Assembly (NCBI GenBank): GCA_964016885.1
Contig: OZ024745.1
Coordinates: 15,996,001 to 16,060,000 of the forward strand
Direction of reading: 5' to 3'
Source of the DNA: Eledone cirrhosa
Taxonomy: Eukaryota
Length of the DNA: 64,000 nt
Below, one piece after another: positions 43,241 to 55,765 of this stretch (positions within the stretch are counted from its first letter, which is position 1; each line of letters begins with the position of its first letter). The notes under the pieces were generated by a model. That model made no database searches and was not told the DNA's origin. It saw only the letters and a program-made list of their open reading frames with translations. The translations under genes and the position numbers were made by a program.

Positions 43241-44104
43241 GAAAAGATCTTAATAAAGCACGAATAATAGTCTTGTGTTTCCACCAACAACTATCAAAAA
43301 TATTTAGAGGGGAACTCCAATATTCCTATTGTAACGTGTGATTCAGTGAATGTCTTCTCTTATTTTATTTTCTGTTTAATTTCTATTCGGTTGTTTCTTT
43401 TGGAAATCATATTGTTCATATGAATTGTTCATATGAATTGTAAATAATATTATTAATTAGTAGTTCAACTCAGACCAGAAGGCATCCTATCCTTTTTTCT
43501 AATCTGATAATCTCGCATCAGCTGCAGTTAGGGTTCTTTCCTCTTCGATACACAGAAATAAAACCCACCCTGACCCAGTTTAATTTTTAACATCACTATT
43601 TGGATCTTGGCTGCCCTTAGTTGAATCATTAGAATATGTTGACCAAGGGATAACTACCATCCTCCTACTTATGTCGGAAATCCTGCAAACAGCCATGGAT
43701 ACAACTCTTGCTTCTTTCACGAAGATAAAAGAAAAGCTAAATTAAAAACTAAACTATTTTAGAGACATGGGTCAAGAGTCCAGTGATATAGGGTCAGTAT
43801 GAAATAACATAGATACCTGTTTCAAGTCAACATGGGAGGTTCTACGTAGTCGCTCGACCTGCTAAAGTTAGTGGGCCATCCCCCTCAAGACACACACTAC
43901 TGTCATTGGATAATGTAATCATAGACACATTATGGTTTTATAAGTTATGGTTACAGTGGAATATCACTGAGGCCTGCTCGATCAGAGGCGGCTTGTAGTA
44001 AATATATCTACAGGAGTTTCTGATATAAGACATCCTCGTCAGCTATCACAAAGAGTGCTACTGGAAACCATAGCTGGATTTATGAACCTACTATCAAAAA
44101 TGTG

Positions 44105-44550
44105 AAGGCGCGCGGCCAAGTGGTTAGGTGTTAGTCTCATGTTATTAAGGTTGTGAGTTTGTCTCCTGGACCGGGCAGCGCGTTGTGTCCTTGAGCATAC
44201 AACTTTCTTTTATGTTGCCCCAGTCCCTCAGCTGAAAAATGTGTACACACCATATGAAACCGGTGTGAAGTCCGGCCTGATGAGTCTAGACATTTAACTT
44301 TTTTTTAATAAAAAAACTGGTTCATATTTCCAAAATATATTATTTTTGATTTTTACAATATAGTTAGTAATATAAGTTAGTTAGTAATATAGATTTGAAT
44401 ACAGGGATGGTTTTGTGGCTAAGGAGTGAGCTTCGTAAACATGCAGTTTCGGGTTCAGTTCTACTGTGCGGCGCTTTGGGCAGGTGTCTTCTATAAACTC
44501 GAGTTTAATGTTTTGTAAGTGAAATTTTGGGAGATGGAAACTGCAACAAA
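44105..44550 (+). mobile_element. Two older tRNA-derived SINEs of other families
   Basis: A-box-like GGCCAAGTGGTTAGG with GTGTCCTTGAGCA; second copy has B-box-like GGGTTCAGTTCT with TTTGGGCAGGTGTCTT. Confidence 0.55.
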
Positions 44551-44554
44551 GTTC

Positions 44555-44601
<47 letters not shown>

Positions 44602-44764
44602 TGCATTATGGTCCATCTGGTTCCTTACCACACTTCCTTCGTTATATATATATATATATATATATAAGTAAATTTACGGTGCTGAGAACGGGAAGACCAC
44701 AAATCAGGGGAGTACACATGCATGGAAAGAAGCAGAGTAGGTATAGAGGGAGGAAATCCCGACT

Positions 44765-44850
44765 GCGACACCTACCAGTTTCGGCTTGTATTCGGCAAGC
44801 CTTTTCAATGGAGTACACACTTGAGAAAGGCTTGCCGAGTACAAACCTTG
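44765..44850. other. Short fold-back with a degenerate HHR-like motif
   Basis: Minus strand reads UUGAAAA-GGCUUG(CCGAAUA)CAAGCC-GAAAC-UG-GUA; the core is mutated and stem I is not evident; a partial mirror copy follows. Confidence 0.4.
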
Positions 44851-46524
44851 CGTATGGCTATGTTTATTTTTACTATTTGTTTATGTTCGACGAAAAGCGG
44901 TCGATAAAATAGATACTAGTGTCAATATAACCGACTAAATCGTTTTAATATGATGCCCCAGTATGGCCACATACTAATCTCTGAAACAAGTAAAGGAATC
45001 AAATAATACATTATGAAGAAGACGCCAGTCAAACAGCAAACATATGCTTAATGTGACTGGCATTAATTCCTTACTTTATAAACAAAGCATGTTGTTCACT
45101 GCTTAAAGCTACATTTATTTGAACCACACTTCTTAAACATTCACAAACTTTCACAGTTTTCGTTACAAGGCTGTCCCAACAGATTTCTGATGAAACAACT
45201 TCCGAAACATTTCTTTATATTATTATTATTATTACTATTATTTTATTTTATTTCTCAGTTCTCTAGGTTAGGAGTGAGAATAAATGATGAAACTTTATTG
45301 GAAAATTAAAAACAGTTTGTCATTCGCAGCTGTTTTCTACTTCAGCTATATTTTATATTTGTCAAGCTTGTCTTAAACGATACAAAAAAACAAAACAAGA
45401 ATCTCTCTAGAGAATTAAAAATTCATCTGTTGATAGCACTGAAAAAAATGGAAGATTTCAAAAATAGTAACTTTTAAATTAGTGAATAAAATAAAATATA
45501 AAGGTTTCAAGCATTAATAAGATGAGTTTTTCAGCGGTAAATATTTTCAACAGACACCAAAACCAACTCTAGTTCTATGAAATAAAACTCCACATTTTAA
45601 AGGGTTCCCATTTAAATTAAAATCTCCAAACATAATTTTATATGAATTAAGTTACTATAATTGACATGAAATAATTGATTTCAGAAAATCCTTCGAAATT
45701 ATTTAGAAATACACTTTTTCAATTAATTACTGAATGGTTAACAGTTTGGTTTTGATTGCTTTCCAAATATACTAGGTTAGTATTTTTAGTAGAAATGCAT
45801 GCACATGATGCATCCTTCATCGGTTTTGTCATTGGACATGCTAAATGCCTACACTTTGTGTCAACATAGAAGTGGCTGAGTATTCCACAGATAGGGGTAA
45901 CCTTGTCGTAGTTGTCAAGCTGAATCAATGTAACATAATATGCGACAAGGTACAATCTTTCCGACAAGCTTCTACACGACTTCCACCAATCCATTTTGAC
46001 TCACAAGGCTACCCATATATCATTTAACTAGCATTTAATCCCTTTAATGGATTATTTAAAGAAAGAGGGTAGCGTTTCCGGGGTCTGCGTGACTGTTAGA
46101 AGGAAGGGAAGAGGTTATACCCACCAGCTAAAAATATACTAAAGTACCTAAGTGTGATAGATTAAATCTACCAAAACTGGAAACAATCCCATTGAGAAGA
46201 TTTTGCACAGTTTATACCCCCTAAGAAATCTCACTCAAAAGGTTTAGGTTTATCTCCGTTTTAGGTAGAAGACATTTTTGTTCTGGGTACCACACAACGC
46301 GATCGAACACGAAACAATTCAGTTGCGAAGAGAACTTCCATGCGACGATGCCATATCTATGAATAATATTCAATATAATACATACCAATTAGAGATAAAA
46401 GAAGAAAAAAAAAACAGAAACTGTCCAACTGACGGAGAAAGAGAGATGCTGGTCTCGAGTTCAACCAGTGGTCTTATATATTTTTTTCTATCTAAAATTT
46501 GTATTTATTTAGTATTATATATTA

Positions 46525-46662
46525 ACAGCATAGTTACGTCCCTTTACGATCCGAGTTCAAATCCCGCCGAGGTTGACTTTGCCTTTCATCCTTACGGGGT
46601 CGATAAAGTACCAGTAATGCACTGGGTAATTGCTGGCCTTGTGCCTAAAGTAGAAACAATTA
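46525..46662 (+). mobile_element. tRNA-derived SINE (5'-truncated)
   Basis: B-box, core and tail present. Confidence 0.8.
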
Positions 46663-47526
46663 TATATTAACAACAGTTAAAGAGAGGAGTGGATTTCCGT
46701 TGATTTTGATTATAAGTGTTCCAGTTTTCTGATCAACGGAACAGCCTATTCTTGAAATTAAAGTCTGTCTAAGCACTGAACGTGACACAAGTTTGGTTCT
46801 TTGATTTAAAGGTGAAATCCATTTAACGGGCTTTTCAACGATGTTTGTCCATTCGATTTGGCTCACATGGCTTGGGTCGAGTCGAGTATACGGTAAATGA
46901 TACTTTTCTGAGATATCACACAGTCAGATCGAACCCAAAACATTGTGATTGGAAAACGAGTTTCTTAACCAAGATTTCTAATTAGGAGACGTGTAAGAAG
47001 ATCCGAAGTGTCTCCAACCATTAAGACACTTTCCTATTCTGTCTAATTACTTAAAAGTATGACCATTAAATCTAATTAGTATATGATGTTAACGACACTT
47101 CGTTTTAATAACATTACTGTAAATTAGAACAATCAGACCAGTAGTAACTTATTTGAACGGAAGTAGGTGGTGCTGAGGGTGGCTCAGCTAAAACAAAGTT
47201 GTATATTGACTATTAAGTGAAATGGTGTAGCTGTTAGAACGTCAGGTTAAATGGGACCCAAGTTGTTGACCTCTTCACAGTGGACCCTGAAACTGATCAC
47301 TGATCTCGATCAGGTGAACGACAACCTGAGACAGCAACACGGAAGAAGAAGAAGAAGACGATAACTCTTTTGCTTCTGTTGTTCCTTTGTGTCGTGTTGT
47401 TGCTTTTGGCAGTGGAAGAGCGAGTTTTTAGTCGTTGTTTGAAATGACAGCTTTAACATCATATTGTGTTGTGGGATTTTAAAATAAAATCTAAATTTCT
47501 GTCCCTACTAAAACTAAAATATTAAT

Positions 47527-47702
47527 AATTGTTTCTACTTTAGGCACAATGCCAGCGATTACCCCAGTGCACCACTGGTACTTTATTTTATCGACCTCGT
47601 AAGGATGAAAGGCAAAGTTATCTCAGCGTATTTGAACTCAGAACGCAAAGGGCAATAACTATGCTGCAAAACATGGTGTCTGACGCTCTACCGATACTGC
47701 CA
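47527..47702 (-). mobile_element. tRNA-derived SINE
   Basis: Match to the window SINE consensus. Confidence 0.8.
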
Positions 47703-48397
47703 TACCACTATGCTTTCTCATTTTGACAAAAAAACAACAATAATTAATGGCATGGGAAGTCAGTTATATCGACTCCAATGTATTACTGGTATTTTATTTT
47801 ATTGACATTGGGAGAATAAAATGTAAAATATTTAAAAATGGTAAATTTTAACAATAAGTTTAAAAGTTTCGAGCTCGCGGGAAAAACAGATAAACAGATA
47901 TACCAGAAAAAACAAAATCAAAAGAACAACCTGTTTTACATATCCCAGAACTAATGATGGTGATGATATCAATAATTAGGCTATTAGTCATAATAAGCTA
48001 TGGAATTTAAATAACGGCGGCTCTCCATACCATCCTTTCTTGCTGTTAAAACTAAGGAGTGAAGCCATATAAATTAGATGAATACCTTAAGTCTGAGTTT
48101 GTTGTTGTACAACAAATAAGAATCGAATTCCTATGTAATTCATAAGTATAAATCGACTTATGAATAATGTTTAAAGTTGGTTCTAGAGTTAATCCGTAGT
48201 CTCTATTAAAACTGATGAGCTTTCTCGTTGTATTGCTACCCTCCCCCCCAGATTTGGCTTATCTCTGGATTAACGTAATCTGGTGTGATTAGAAAAACGG
48301 AAATATGAAATATAACCCTAAAACACATATATACACATGTATCTAAACACAGGCACATATATATATATATATTTAAATATGTCTATCCATCTTTCTT

Positions 48398-48475
<78 letters not shown>

Positions 48476-48514
48476 CTTACTGCGGTTACCTCCGATTCAA
48501 CCCGGAATAACGTA

Positions 48515-48577
<63 letters not shown>

Positions 48578-48790
48578 GCATATATACACACATATACACA
48601 CTGTGTTTGTCGGTACGTTCATACGTGTACACGCACACTCAAGCAATACAGAAGAACACATGACTTTCTCTACCTTTCCCTCGCCCCTTTTTTTCTATTT
48701 ATATATCTACATACTTGAACTTTACCTAAACAGCCCAAAACGGCGTAAATAGTAAGGACAGTTATGTATGTGTGTGTGTGCGTATATATA

Positions 48791-48953
48791 CAGGGCCGTC
48801 TTAACAGCATTATAGCCCCACCCCCCGGGCAAAGCAGAGCACTGGGGCCCCTACCTACACAACCACTCACAGGAATAAAAATACAAATGGGCCCCCTATC
48901 CTCGTGGGCCCCCGGGCAACTGCCCAGCGTGCCCATGCGTTAAGACGGCCCTG
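48791..48953. mobile_element. hAT-like MITE
   Basis: Perfect 15-bp TIR CAGGGCCGTCTTAAC / GTTAAGACGGCCCTG. Confidence 0.8.
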
Positions 48954-48954
48954 A

Positions 48955-49053
48955 CAGGGTGTCCCCAAAAAATGTATACACACTTCAACAACATTTTAAT
49001 AGATATTGTCTCTACAGGTAATCAAAGTGTGTATATATTTTTGGGATACCCTG
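48955..49053. mobile_element. Tc1/mariner-like MITE
   Basis: TIR CAGGGTGTCCCCAAAAAATGTATACACACTT mirrored by AAGTGTGTATATATTTTTGGGATACCCTG. Confidence 0.75.
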
Positions 49054-49144
49054 TGTATATATAGTTGTTGTATGGTTGCCATAAATGCGTCTGTAGGCGG
49101 TATGCCGTTTGAGCACTCCATGCTCGCGCAGAGCAGAGTATATT

Positions 49145-49670
49145 ATTATAGATAACGAGGAATTGGTGATGTATCAAAAGACAATTTATTAACATATTAC
49201 ATATGTTTCTCCGGCGATCAGCTCAAGGCAGGATCTATTATAGATCGAACCTGACTCTGCATTCGCAAGTTCCTCAGATATGTTTTGCGTTTACAAAGCA
49301 TTCAATCCGATTTGAAAACGCAAAACATATCTGAGGAACTTGATAATGTAGGTTCGATCTGTAACAGATCCTGCCTCGAGCTGATCATCGGAGAAACATA
49401 TGTAATATGTTAATAAATTGTCTTTTGATGCATCACTGATTCCTCGTTATCTATAATGACGTATTATCTTCGTTTTTTCCCGTTCTTTGCCAGGGAACGT
49501 TTCCACGAACCAAAGTATCGTCTTCCTGTATTCCTCTGGTTGCAGCAAAGTTTTTCGAAATATTTACTTCTGCGTTCACAGATTGACTTTGTTAGTTTCA
49601 GAAGATCCCGTTAAGGGTGAAAGCAGCGATTCTTTGCTTAAACTTTAATCTGTTATTTTAATAAATATTT
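49145..49670. mobile_element. Fold-back element with HHR-like motif in each arm (49191-49284 minus; 49324-49411 plus)
   Basis: AACAUAU-CUGAGGA-(55-nt branched domain II)-GAAAC(AUAU)GUA^-AUAUGUU; stem II closure is ambiguous. The 3' segment TTCTTTGCTTAAACTTTAATCTGTTATT recurs at about 58875. Confidence 0.65.
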
Positions 49671-49776
49671 GCTCTACGGTTCTTATATATTTGATATATA
49701 TTTATCCTTATCGAGCCCGCCTTGGATTTTAGTCTTCAAATTTATTATTATTATTACTATATATATACATATATAT

Positions 49777-50005
49777 AATAGAAGCTTTCGCTGCATCCCT
49801 GACTAAAAAAAACTTTAGTCTGACAGCGGGGTTTAGAACCGTCCACAAGATGAGTATTGGCGTACATGTACGTCAATACTCACCTTTTTTCATTTCTTGG
49901 CGGGTTCTAAACCCCATTGTCAGGCTAACATTTCTTTAGTCAGGATGCGGCGAAAGCTTCTATTTCTAGTTTCAAACTTGCTCGCTGTTTCAAGACGAAC
50001 TTGCT
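49777..50005. mobile_element. Fold-back element related to 62669-63005
   Basis: Arms fold at GTACATGTAC; shares GACTAAA, GGGGTTTAGAACC, GATGAGTATTG and the TTTCAAACT..CTC.CTGTTTCAA tail. Confidence 0.75.
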
Positions 50006-50104
50006 TATATATATATATATATACGGATACTGCCAATTCACCGCCCTAATCAGTATTAATAATATATATACCGATACTGCCAATTCACCGCCCTAATCAG
50101 TATT

Positions 50105-50229
<125 letters not shown>

Positions 50230-50468
50230 TATGATAAATGGAATAGAATGAAACGAAATTTCATTTCTCACTCTTAGTACGGCACTTACTTAAATGTAAG
50301 TATGTATGTATACGTACATACATATATGTATACAGACGTACAGTAGCATGTATATATATACATACAGGCACACATATATATATGCACGTATCAGTTTACC
50401 GAACATTTATTATAATGCTCGGTTTGTTCGTTTGTAAACCATCTGTCAACCATCTGGCAGAAAGGTAT

Positions 50469-50511
50469 ACGGTGCTGACGATAGCTAATAAGCTTGAAAC
50501 TAGTACATCGT
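50469..50511 (+). ncRNA. Minimal type I hammerhead ribozyme
   Basis: ACGGUG-CUGACGA-UAGCU(AAUA)AGCUU-GAAAC(UA)GUA^-CAUCGU; enclosed by an inverted repeat TATAATGCTCGGTTTGTTCGTTTGTAAAC / GTTTACAAACGAACAAACCGAGCATTATA. Confidence 0.8.
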
Positions 50512-50569
50512 TCCTGTGTCAGTGTTGAACAAAAAGGTGACGTGGTTGCCTAAACACTGTACGGCGTAA

Positions 50570-51292
50570 TTCAGGCTGTTTGTTTGTTTACAAACGAACA
50601 AACCGAGCATTATACTAAATACTAAATCTCTTCCTTCCAACATTGAATTTCATAATAACAGTAATAGTACTCCCGACGTCATTGTAAACCCTAGGCTAAC
50701 TTCTGTAAACCCAAATACAACGTCAAACACAACTTCGCTAAATGTTCATAATCCAACTCTAAATCAAGAAACTATTATTCCTATTATTCCTATCGCAAAC
50801 AACTTCTCCAATCCAATTCCTTCTATAGATAACACTAGGTCACTCATTAATAATCTCTCTAATTGCAACTGCCGCATTAAAAATAAATGTCCTCTCAACA
50901 ACCATTGTCTTGATAAAAACTTAATTTATGAATGTAAAGTTATAACTAGCACCAATTCCTTCACCTATTTTGGCTCCACTTCCACCTCTTTTAAAGCTCG
51001 TCTCTATAATCATCATTCATCTTTTAAATACAAACTTAAAAGAACCAACACGGCTCTCTCAGAACTCATATGGTCCTTGAAAGACAAAAACATTAAATAT
51101 ACCATCTTTTGGAAGAAGGTTTCTTCTGCATCCTCATACTTGAACAGCTCTCTATCTAAAATCTGTAATCTCTGCCTAAATGAAAAATTTACCATTATCT
51201 CTAATCTAGATTCTATAATAAATAGACGTACAGATTTGTTTTCTATCTGCTTGCATAAATTCCATAGGACTTTTCACAAAGTATACAGCTAA
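50570..51292 (+). CDS. Penelope-like element C-terminus: GIY-YIG endonuclease (5'-truncated, no start codon)
   Basis: Stop-free frame of about 240 codons: N/T/P-rich linker, then CNCRIKNKCPLNNHCLDKNLIYECKV..TYFGSTSTSFKARLYNHHSSF..TALSELIWSLK..ICNLCLNEK..INRR..CLH. Confidence 0.85.
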   Translation, partial: FRLFVCLQTNKPSIILNTKSLPSNIEFHNNSNSTPDVIVNPRLTSVNPNTTSNTTSLNVHNPTLNQETIIPIIPIANNFSNPIPSIDNTRSLINNLSNCNCRIKNKCPLNNHCLDKNLIYECKVITSTNSFTYFGSTSTSFKARLYNHHSSFKYKLKRTNTALSELIWSLKDKNIKYTIFWKKVSSASSYLNSSLSKICNLCLNEKFTIISNLDSIINRRTDLFSICLHKFHRTFHKVYS

Positions 51293-51459
51293 TATTCAAT
51301 TCTTTATCAATTTAGAATCTTTTTCTCAAAGGCACATATACATACACCTCTTTAAAATATACCCATCTTCCTACCTTACTTCAAAGGGCATTATACACTC
51401 TATAATACTTGTTTACTCATTACCCTCATTCTATCTTCACCTTGTAAAATCCTTCATAA

Positions 51460-52000
51460 CATATACATTTGTTTTTTTGACGTTAGAATATTCATCCGCA
51501 ATTATTATTATTTTTTCTCTCCATCATCAAACTTTTTAATCTCAATACATTAACTCCCTCTCCTTCTTTTGACGCTAGTATATTCATCCTTAATTTATTA
51601 TTTTTTCTTCCCATCAACTAACTCATTCTTAATACATATTAACTCTTTCTTCGCACATATTATCAATTCCTTCAATATACAAACCTTAACTTCACATTAT
51701 TTTTCTCAAATCATCTAATACACAAACCTTAATAATTTTTTAATACATATTAACTCTTTCTTCGCACATATTATCAATTCCTTCAATATACAAACCTTAA
51801 CTTCACATTATTTTTCTCAAATCCTTCAACACACAAACCTTAATAATTTTTTTCTCTTCGTTAATTTTGAAATTGCCATAATACTTATAAACATACACCT
51901 TTTTGACGTTAGAATATTCATCCGCAATTATTATTTTTTCTCTCTATCTTCAAACTTTTTAATCTCAATACATATCAACTCCCTCTCTTTCCTCGTACAT
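51460..52000. repeat. Pyrimidine-rich region with internal direct duplications (probable PLE 3' UTR)
   Basis: Tandem duplication of about 110 bp at 51630-51850; TTTTGACGTTAGAATATTCATCC recurs. Confidence 0.65.
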
Positions 52001-52405
52001 ATTTTTCCCTTCGTTAATTTTCAAATTCTTTTAATTTATACATTATCTTCCAACGGTTTTCAACCTCTCTATGTAAAACAATATATCTTCTCTCAGTTAT
52101 AAAAACTATCTCTTTCTCTCTATCACCCATTTCTCCCTCTCCACCTTCAATCTCATCTCCTCCCCTTTTTTCATCCTTTCCACCCCCCCCCTCTCTAAAT
52201 AAAATATTTTTCCCAATATCACACATCAATCTAAAACTACTTTTCATATGTTGATTTAAAACTGCACTATCCACAAGTGTTTTTTAGCCTTCATATCATG
52301 TCCTCCTGTTTTATCTGATGAAAACACAAATATTATTGCATGATGATGTTTGTTTTTGAAATGCGCATAATAAAATACATGGAACTCCTTTAACCATCTT
52401 TTGAT

Positions 52406-52466
<61 letters not shown>

Positions 52467-52469
52467 CTG

Positions 52470-52617
52470 GATGCCATGATTTCTAGCATAGTTACGTCCC
52501 TTTACGGTCTGAGTTCAAATCCCGTCGAGGTTAACTTCATCCTTACGGGGTCGATAAAATAAAGTACCAGTAATGTACTGGATAATTGCCGGCCTTGTGC
52601 CAAAAGTAGGAACAATT
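52470..52617 (+). mobile_element. tRNA-derived SINE
   Basis: Match to the window SINE consensus. Confidence 0.8.
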
Positions 52618-52718
52618 ATTATTACTGATTAAAGTGTAAGCAACTCTGGATGTCGGTGAGAATGTCCAGCTAATCTCAGTCTCCTCTGTGTCACTTTTGA
52701 GCTGACCTTTGGGAGTAT

Positions 52719-52757
<39 letters not shown>

Positions 52758-53742
52758 TACATATAGTGTCATAAAATTTCATGTAGACGGGATCACTTAG
52801 TCTTGCTCTGCTTCTAAACACCAACAGCAAGAGACATCTTTAGATGTCCGTGTTGTTAAATGTTTTAATATTTTTAAAACCAACGTTTCACCTTTAGAAA
52901 TCTCACATTTTCTGTAAAGTCGCGAGAACTGGTGGAGTAAAACAAATACCTCGGTATTTGCTTCACCTCTTGGTGCTCTGAGTTCAAATTTTGTTGAAGT
53001 CAACTTTACTATTCAAACTTTCAGGGTTGATAAATTGATAAATAAATTATCAACCCAGAAGCGAGAGAGGGCTGGTGTTGGTGGGGAGGAAAGAGGAGCT
53101 ATTGGAATTATTAAAGACTCTGATGGGATGCTTTTTTTTCTCGGTATCTGCTCCGACTTTATGTTACCTGAGTTTAAATCTCGTTAATTCAAATTTGCTA
53201 TTCAAACTTTCGGAGTTGATAAATAAATTATCAATCCAGAAGCAAGAGTGTGGTGTGGAGTAGTGAGGGAAGGGCTATTAGGATTGTTAAAACTCCGGTG
53301 GGATGCTTTTTTTTTTACGGTATCTTCTCCGTTTCTGTGCGTTCTGAGTTCAAATCCCACCTTCTGTCATCGAAAAAATGGGTGAAGTATTTGCCAGGAG
53401 TTACTACCGGAAAATAGTATCAGTATTGGAAAGATTAACGGAAACATAATTTACTTAGTTCGATCTGACGATCGACTCCTCTCTTTTTTTATTTCCATAT
53501 ATCATCTGACTGGTAGCAATATCACTGGTTACAATTCCATTTAGCAATCTCAGTGGTTACACATTTTACCAATCTCACCGTTTATAACTTTCAATCACAG
53601 AAGACAAACATTATTTATGAACAACAGTAACATTCAAACAGTAAATTGGAGTAGTGTTTTGGCATCTTATATTTAATAAATCACTTACATTATATACATG
53701 TGTGTCCCTAGCTTAGATAAAATACATCTATTTAATCATACT

Positions 53743-53818
<76 letters not shown>

Positions 53819-54015
53819 CACTCAGACATGTATAAATATATGAACACACACACATATATATATATACATTCATACTCACATACACACGCACACATATTGA
53901 AAGTGAGATTGTGTTTGGGTATGTTCACGTGTTTATCTATCTTTGTGATAATATATATTGTTTGTCTGTACATGTAAGGTTATCAGCATACACACACTTA
54001 CACACACGCACCCAT

Positions 54016-54067
<52 letters not shown>

Positions 54068-54269
54068 GTATATATATATATATATATATAAAGGAGATAA
54101 AAGATAGTGAGTTACTGTGGAGAAGACGAACTAATCCGCGGTAGCAGCACCACCAACAACAACAACATTCAACAATTTCAGCTGGAAGATAGGGAGAGAC
54201 CAATGTCAGAAGACAGCAACGTGATTGATGTGTGTATCGGTCTCTGTTTTCAAACGGTCGCTGATACGA

Positions 54270-54720
54270 TCAACACGAATCGTAGAGCTTGCCATAAAGA
54301 CAGGCTGGCCATTCCCGCTAGAATATCAACTGACCGTTGATGTCATCTGACCAATTCTTTCAGAGAAATCTCTGTATAGAATGGTTGAGAAACGGCTGTA
54401 GATAACTTGTGTAAATTCGATCGTCTTCTGTTGCCTTTATTCACCAAACTGATATTGATCTTATATAGATGCAGTTTTACATTAATGTTAGTTGTTCTAA
54501 ACTTCCTTTTATATAACTTTACTCTCTTGTCTGTCATATATCTATTTTATGTGAAATTATTCCAGTTGCTCTCTGTTAAGACAATCTATCACGTCCATCA
54601 CCAGTTTCCTCATATCAGGTTCAATTTTAGGTAGTGGCAGGTATTCCCAAAAAACAATGTAGCTATTATTATTTATGTAACTATCTAATAGTTTTACCTG
54701 TTTCATAGATGTTTACACTT
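54270..54720 (-). pseudogene. Possible decayed PLE reverse transcriptase fragment
   Basis: FYTEISLKEL resembles the PLE F(D)..FY.SI...L motif; the region is heavily disrupted. Confidence 0.35.
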
Positions 54721-54749
54721 CTGAACTCATTAATGTAGTATCTGAATAA

Positions 54750-55305
54750 TGGTTTCTGATTTCGGGACAAGACTTAGGGGTAGGGGTAGAGAGGAGAAAG
54801 TCGTCGTTGAAATCGACCCCAGTATGTTACTAGTACTTTATTTTATTGACCATGTAAGACTGAAAGTTAAAGTTAACCTCGACAGGATTTGAACGCAGAA
54901 CGTAAAGGAACGTAACTATATTCCGCAAAGCATGTTGTTCGATGCTCTACCGATACTGCTAATTCATTGTCTTAATGATATTGGAATAATAACATCGTTA
55001 ACACAAAGTTTATACCATTCTTTGCCTTTCATCCTTACGAGGTCGATAAAATAAAGTACCAGTAATGTACTGGGCAATTGCTGGCCTTGTGCCTAAAGTA
55101 GAAACAATTATTAACATTAATTGTTTCTACTTTTGGCACAAGGTCAGAAATTAATACACTGGTATTACTGGTACTTTATTTTATCGACCCCATAAAGATG
55201 AAAGGCAAAGTTAGCCTCAGCGGGATTTGAACTCAGACGATAAAGGGCCGTAACTCTTTGCTGCTAAGCATGACGTCAGTCCCTCTACCGATACTGCCAA
55301 TCCAC
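54750..55305. mobile_element. SINE cluster (minus, plus fragment, minus)
   Basis: Three matches to the consensus; two lie tail-to-tail at about 55110. Confidence 0.8.
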
Positions 55306-55569
55306 CTAACATTATGGTATAAACTGTATTTAGAATCTGTTTGATTCCATTTTGAAAGAGATGGTATCCTCAAATACGGGACATTCCATTTGTTTACTCT
55401 AACGGAACATTCCTTTTGTTTACTCAAGGAATGGACATACCATTGTTTACTCTAGGAATGGATCAATGTCGGTTATAACATTTCAGTTCTTAAGCCACAG
55501 AAACACCTTCCTCGTGACGCATCCCGAGACAAATTAACCCCAAATGTAATCAGATGTAACTGCTCCACC

Positions 55570-55765
55570 AGTGGAGTGGGATAGACTAGTTTTTACTGGA
55601 GATATTACAACAGTGGAATAGACTAGTTTATACTGGTCATATTAAAGGAGTGGGATAGACTAGTTTGTACTGGTCAAACTAAAGGAGTGGGATAGACTAG
55701 TTTGTACTGGTCATATTACAGCAGTGGGATAGATTAGTCTGTACTGGTATATTAAGGGAGCTTGG
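55570..55765. repeat. Minisatellite of about 36-37 bp, about 5 copies
   Basis: GTGGGATAGACTAGTTTGTACTGGTCA.. repeated. Confidence 0.85.

Noticed and set aside
44270-44295. CTGATGAGTC as a hammerhead
   Set aside because: Lies in a SINE tail with no matching GAAA or NUH arrangement. The CTGATGAG hits at about 7060 and 48213 fail for the same reason.
45719-45994. Cys-rich 91-aa ORF as a host exon or transposase C-terminus
   Set aside because: No motif could be assigned with confidence and there is no splice support.
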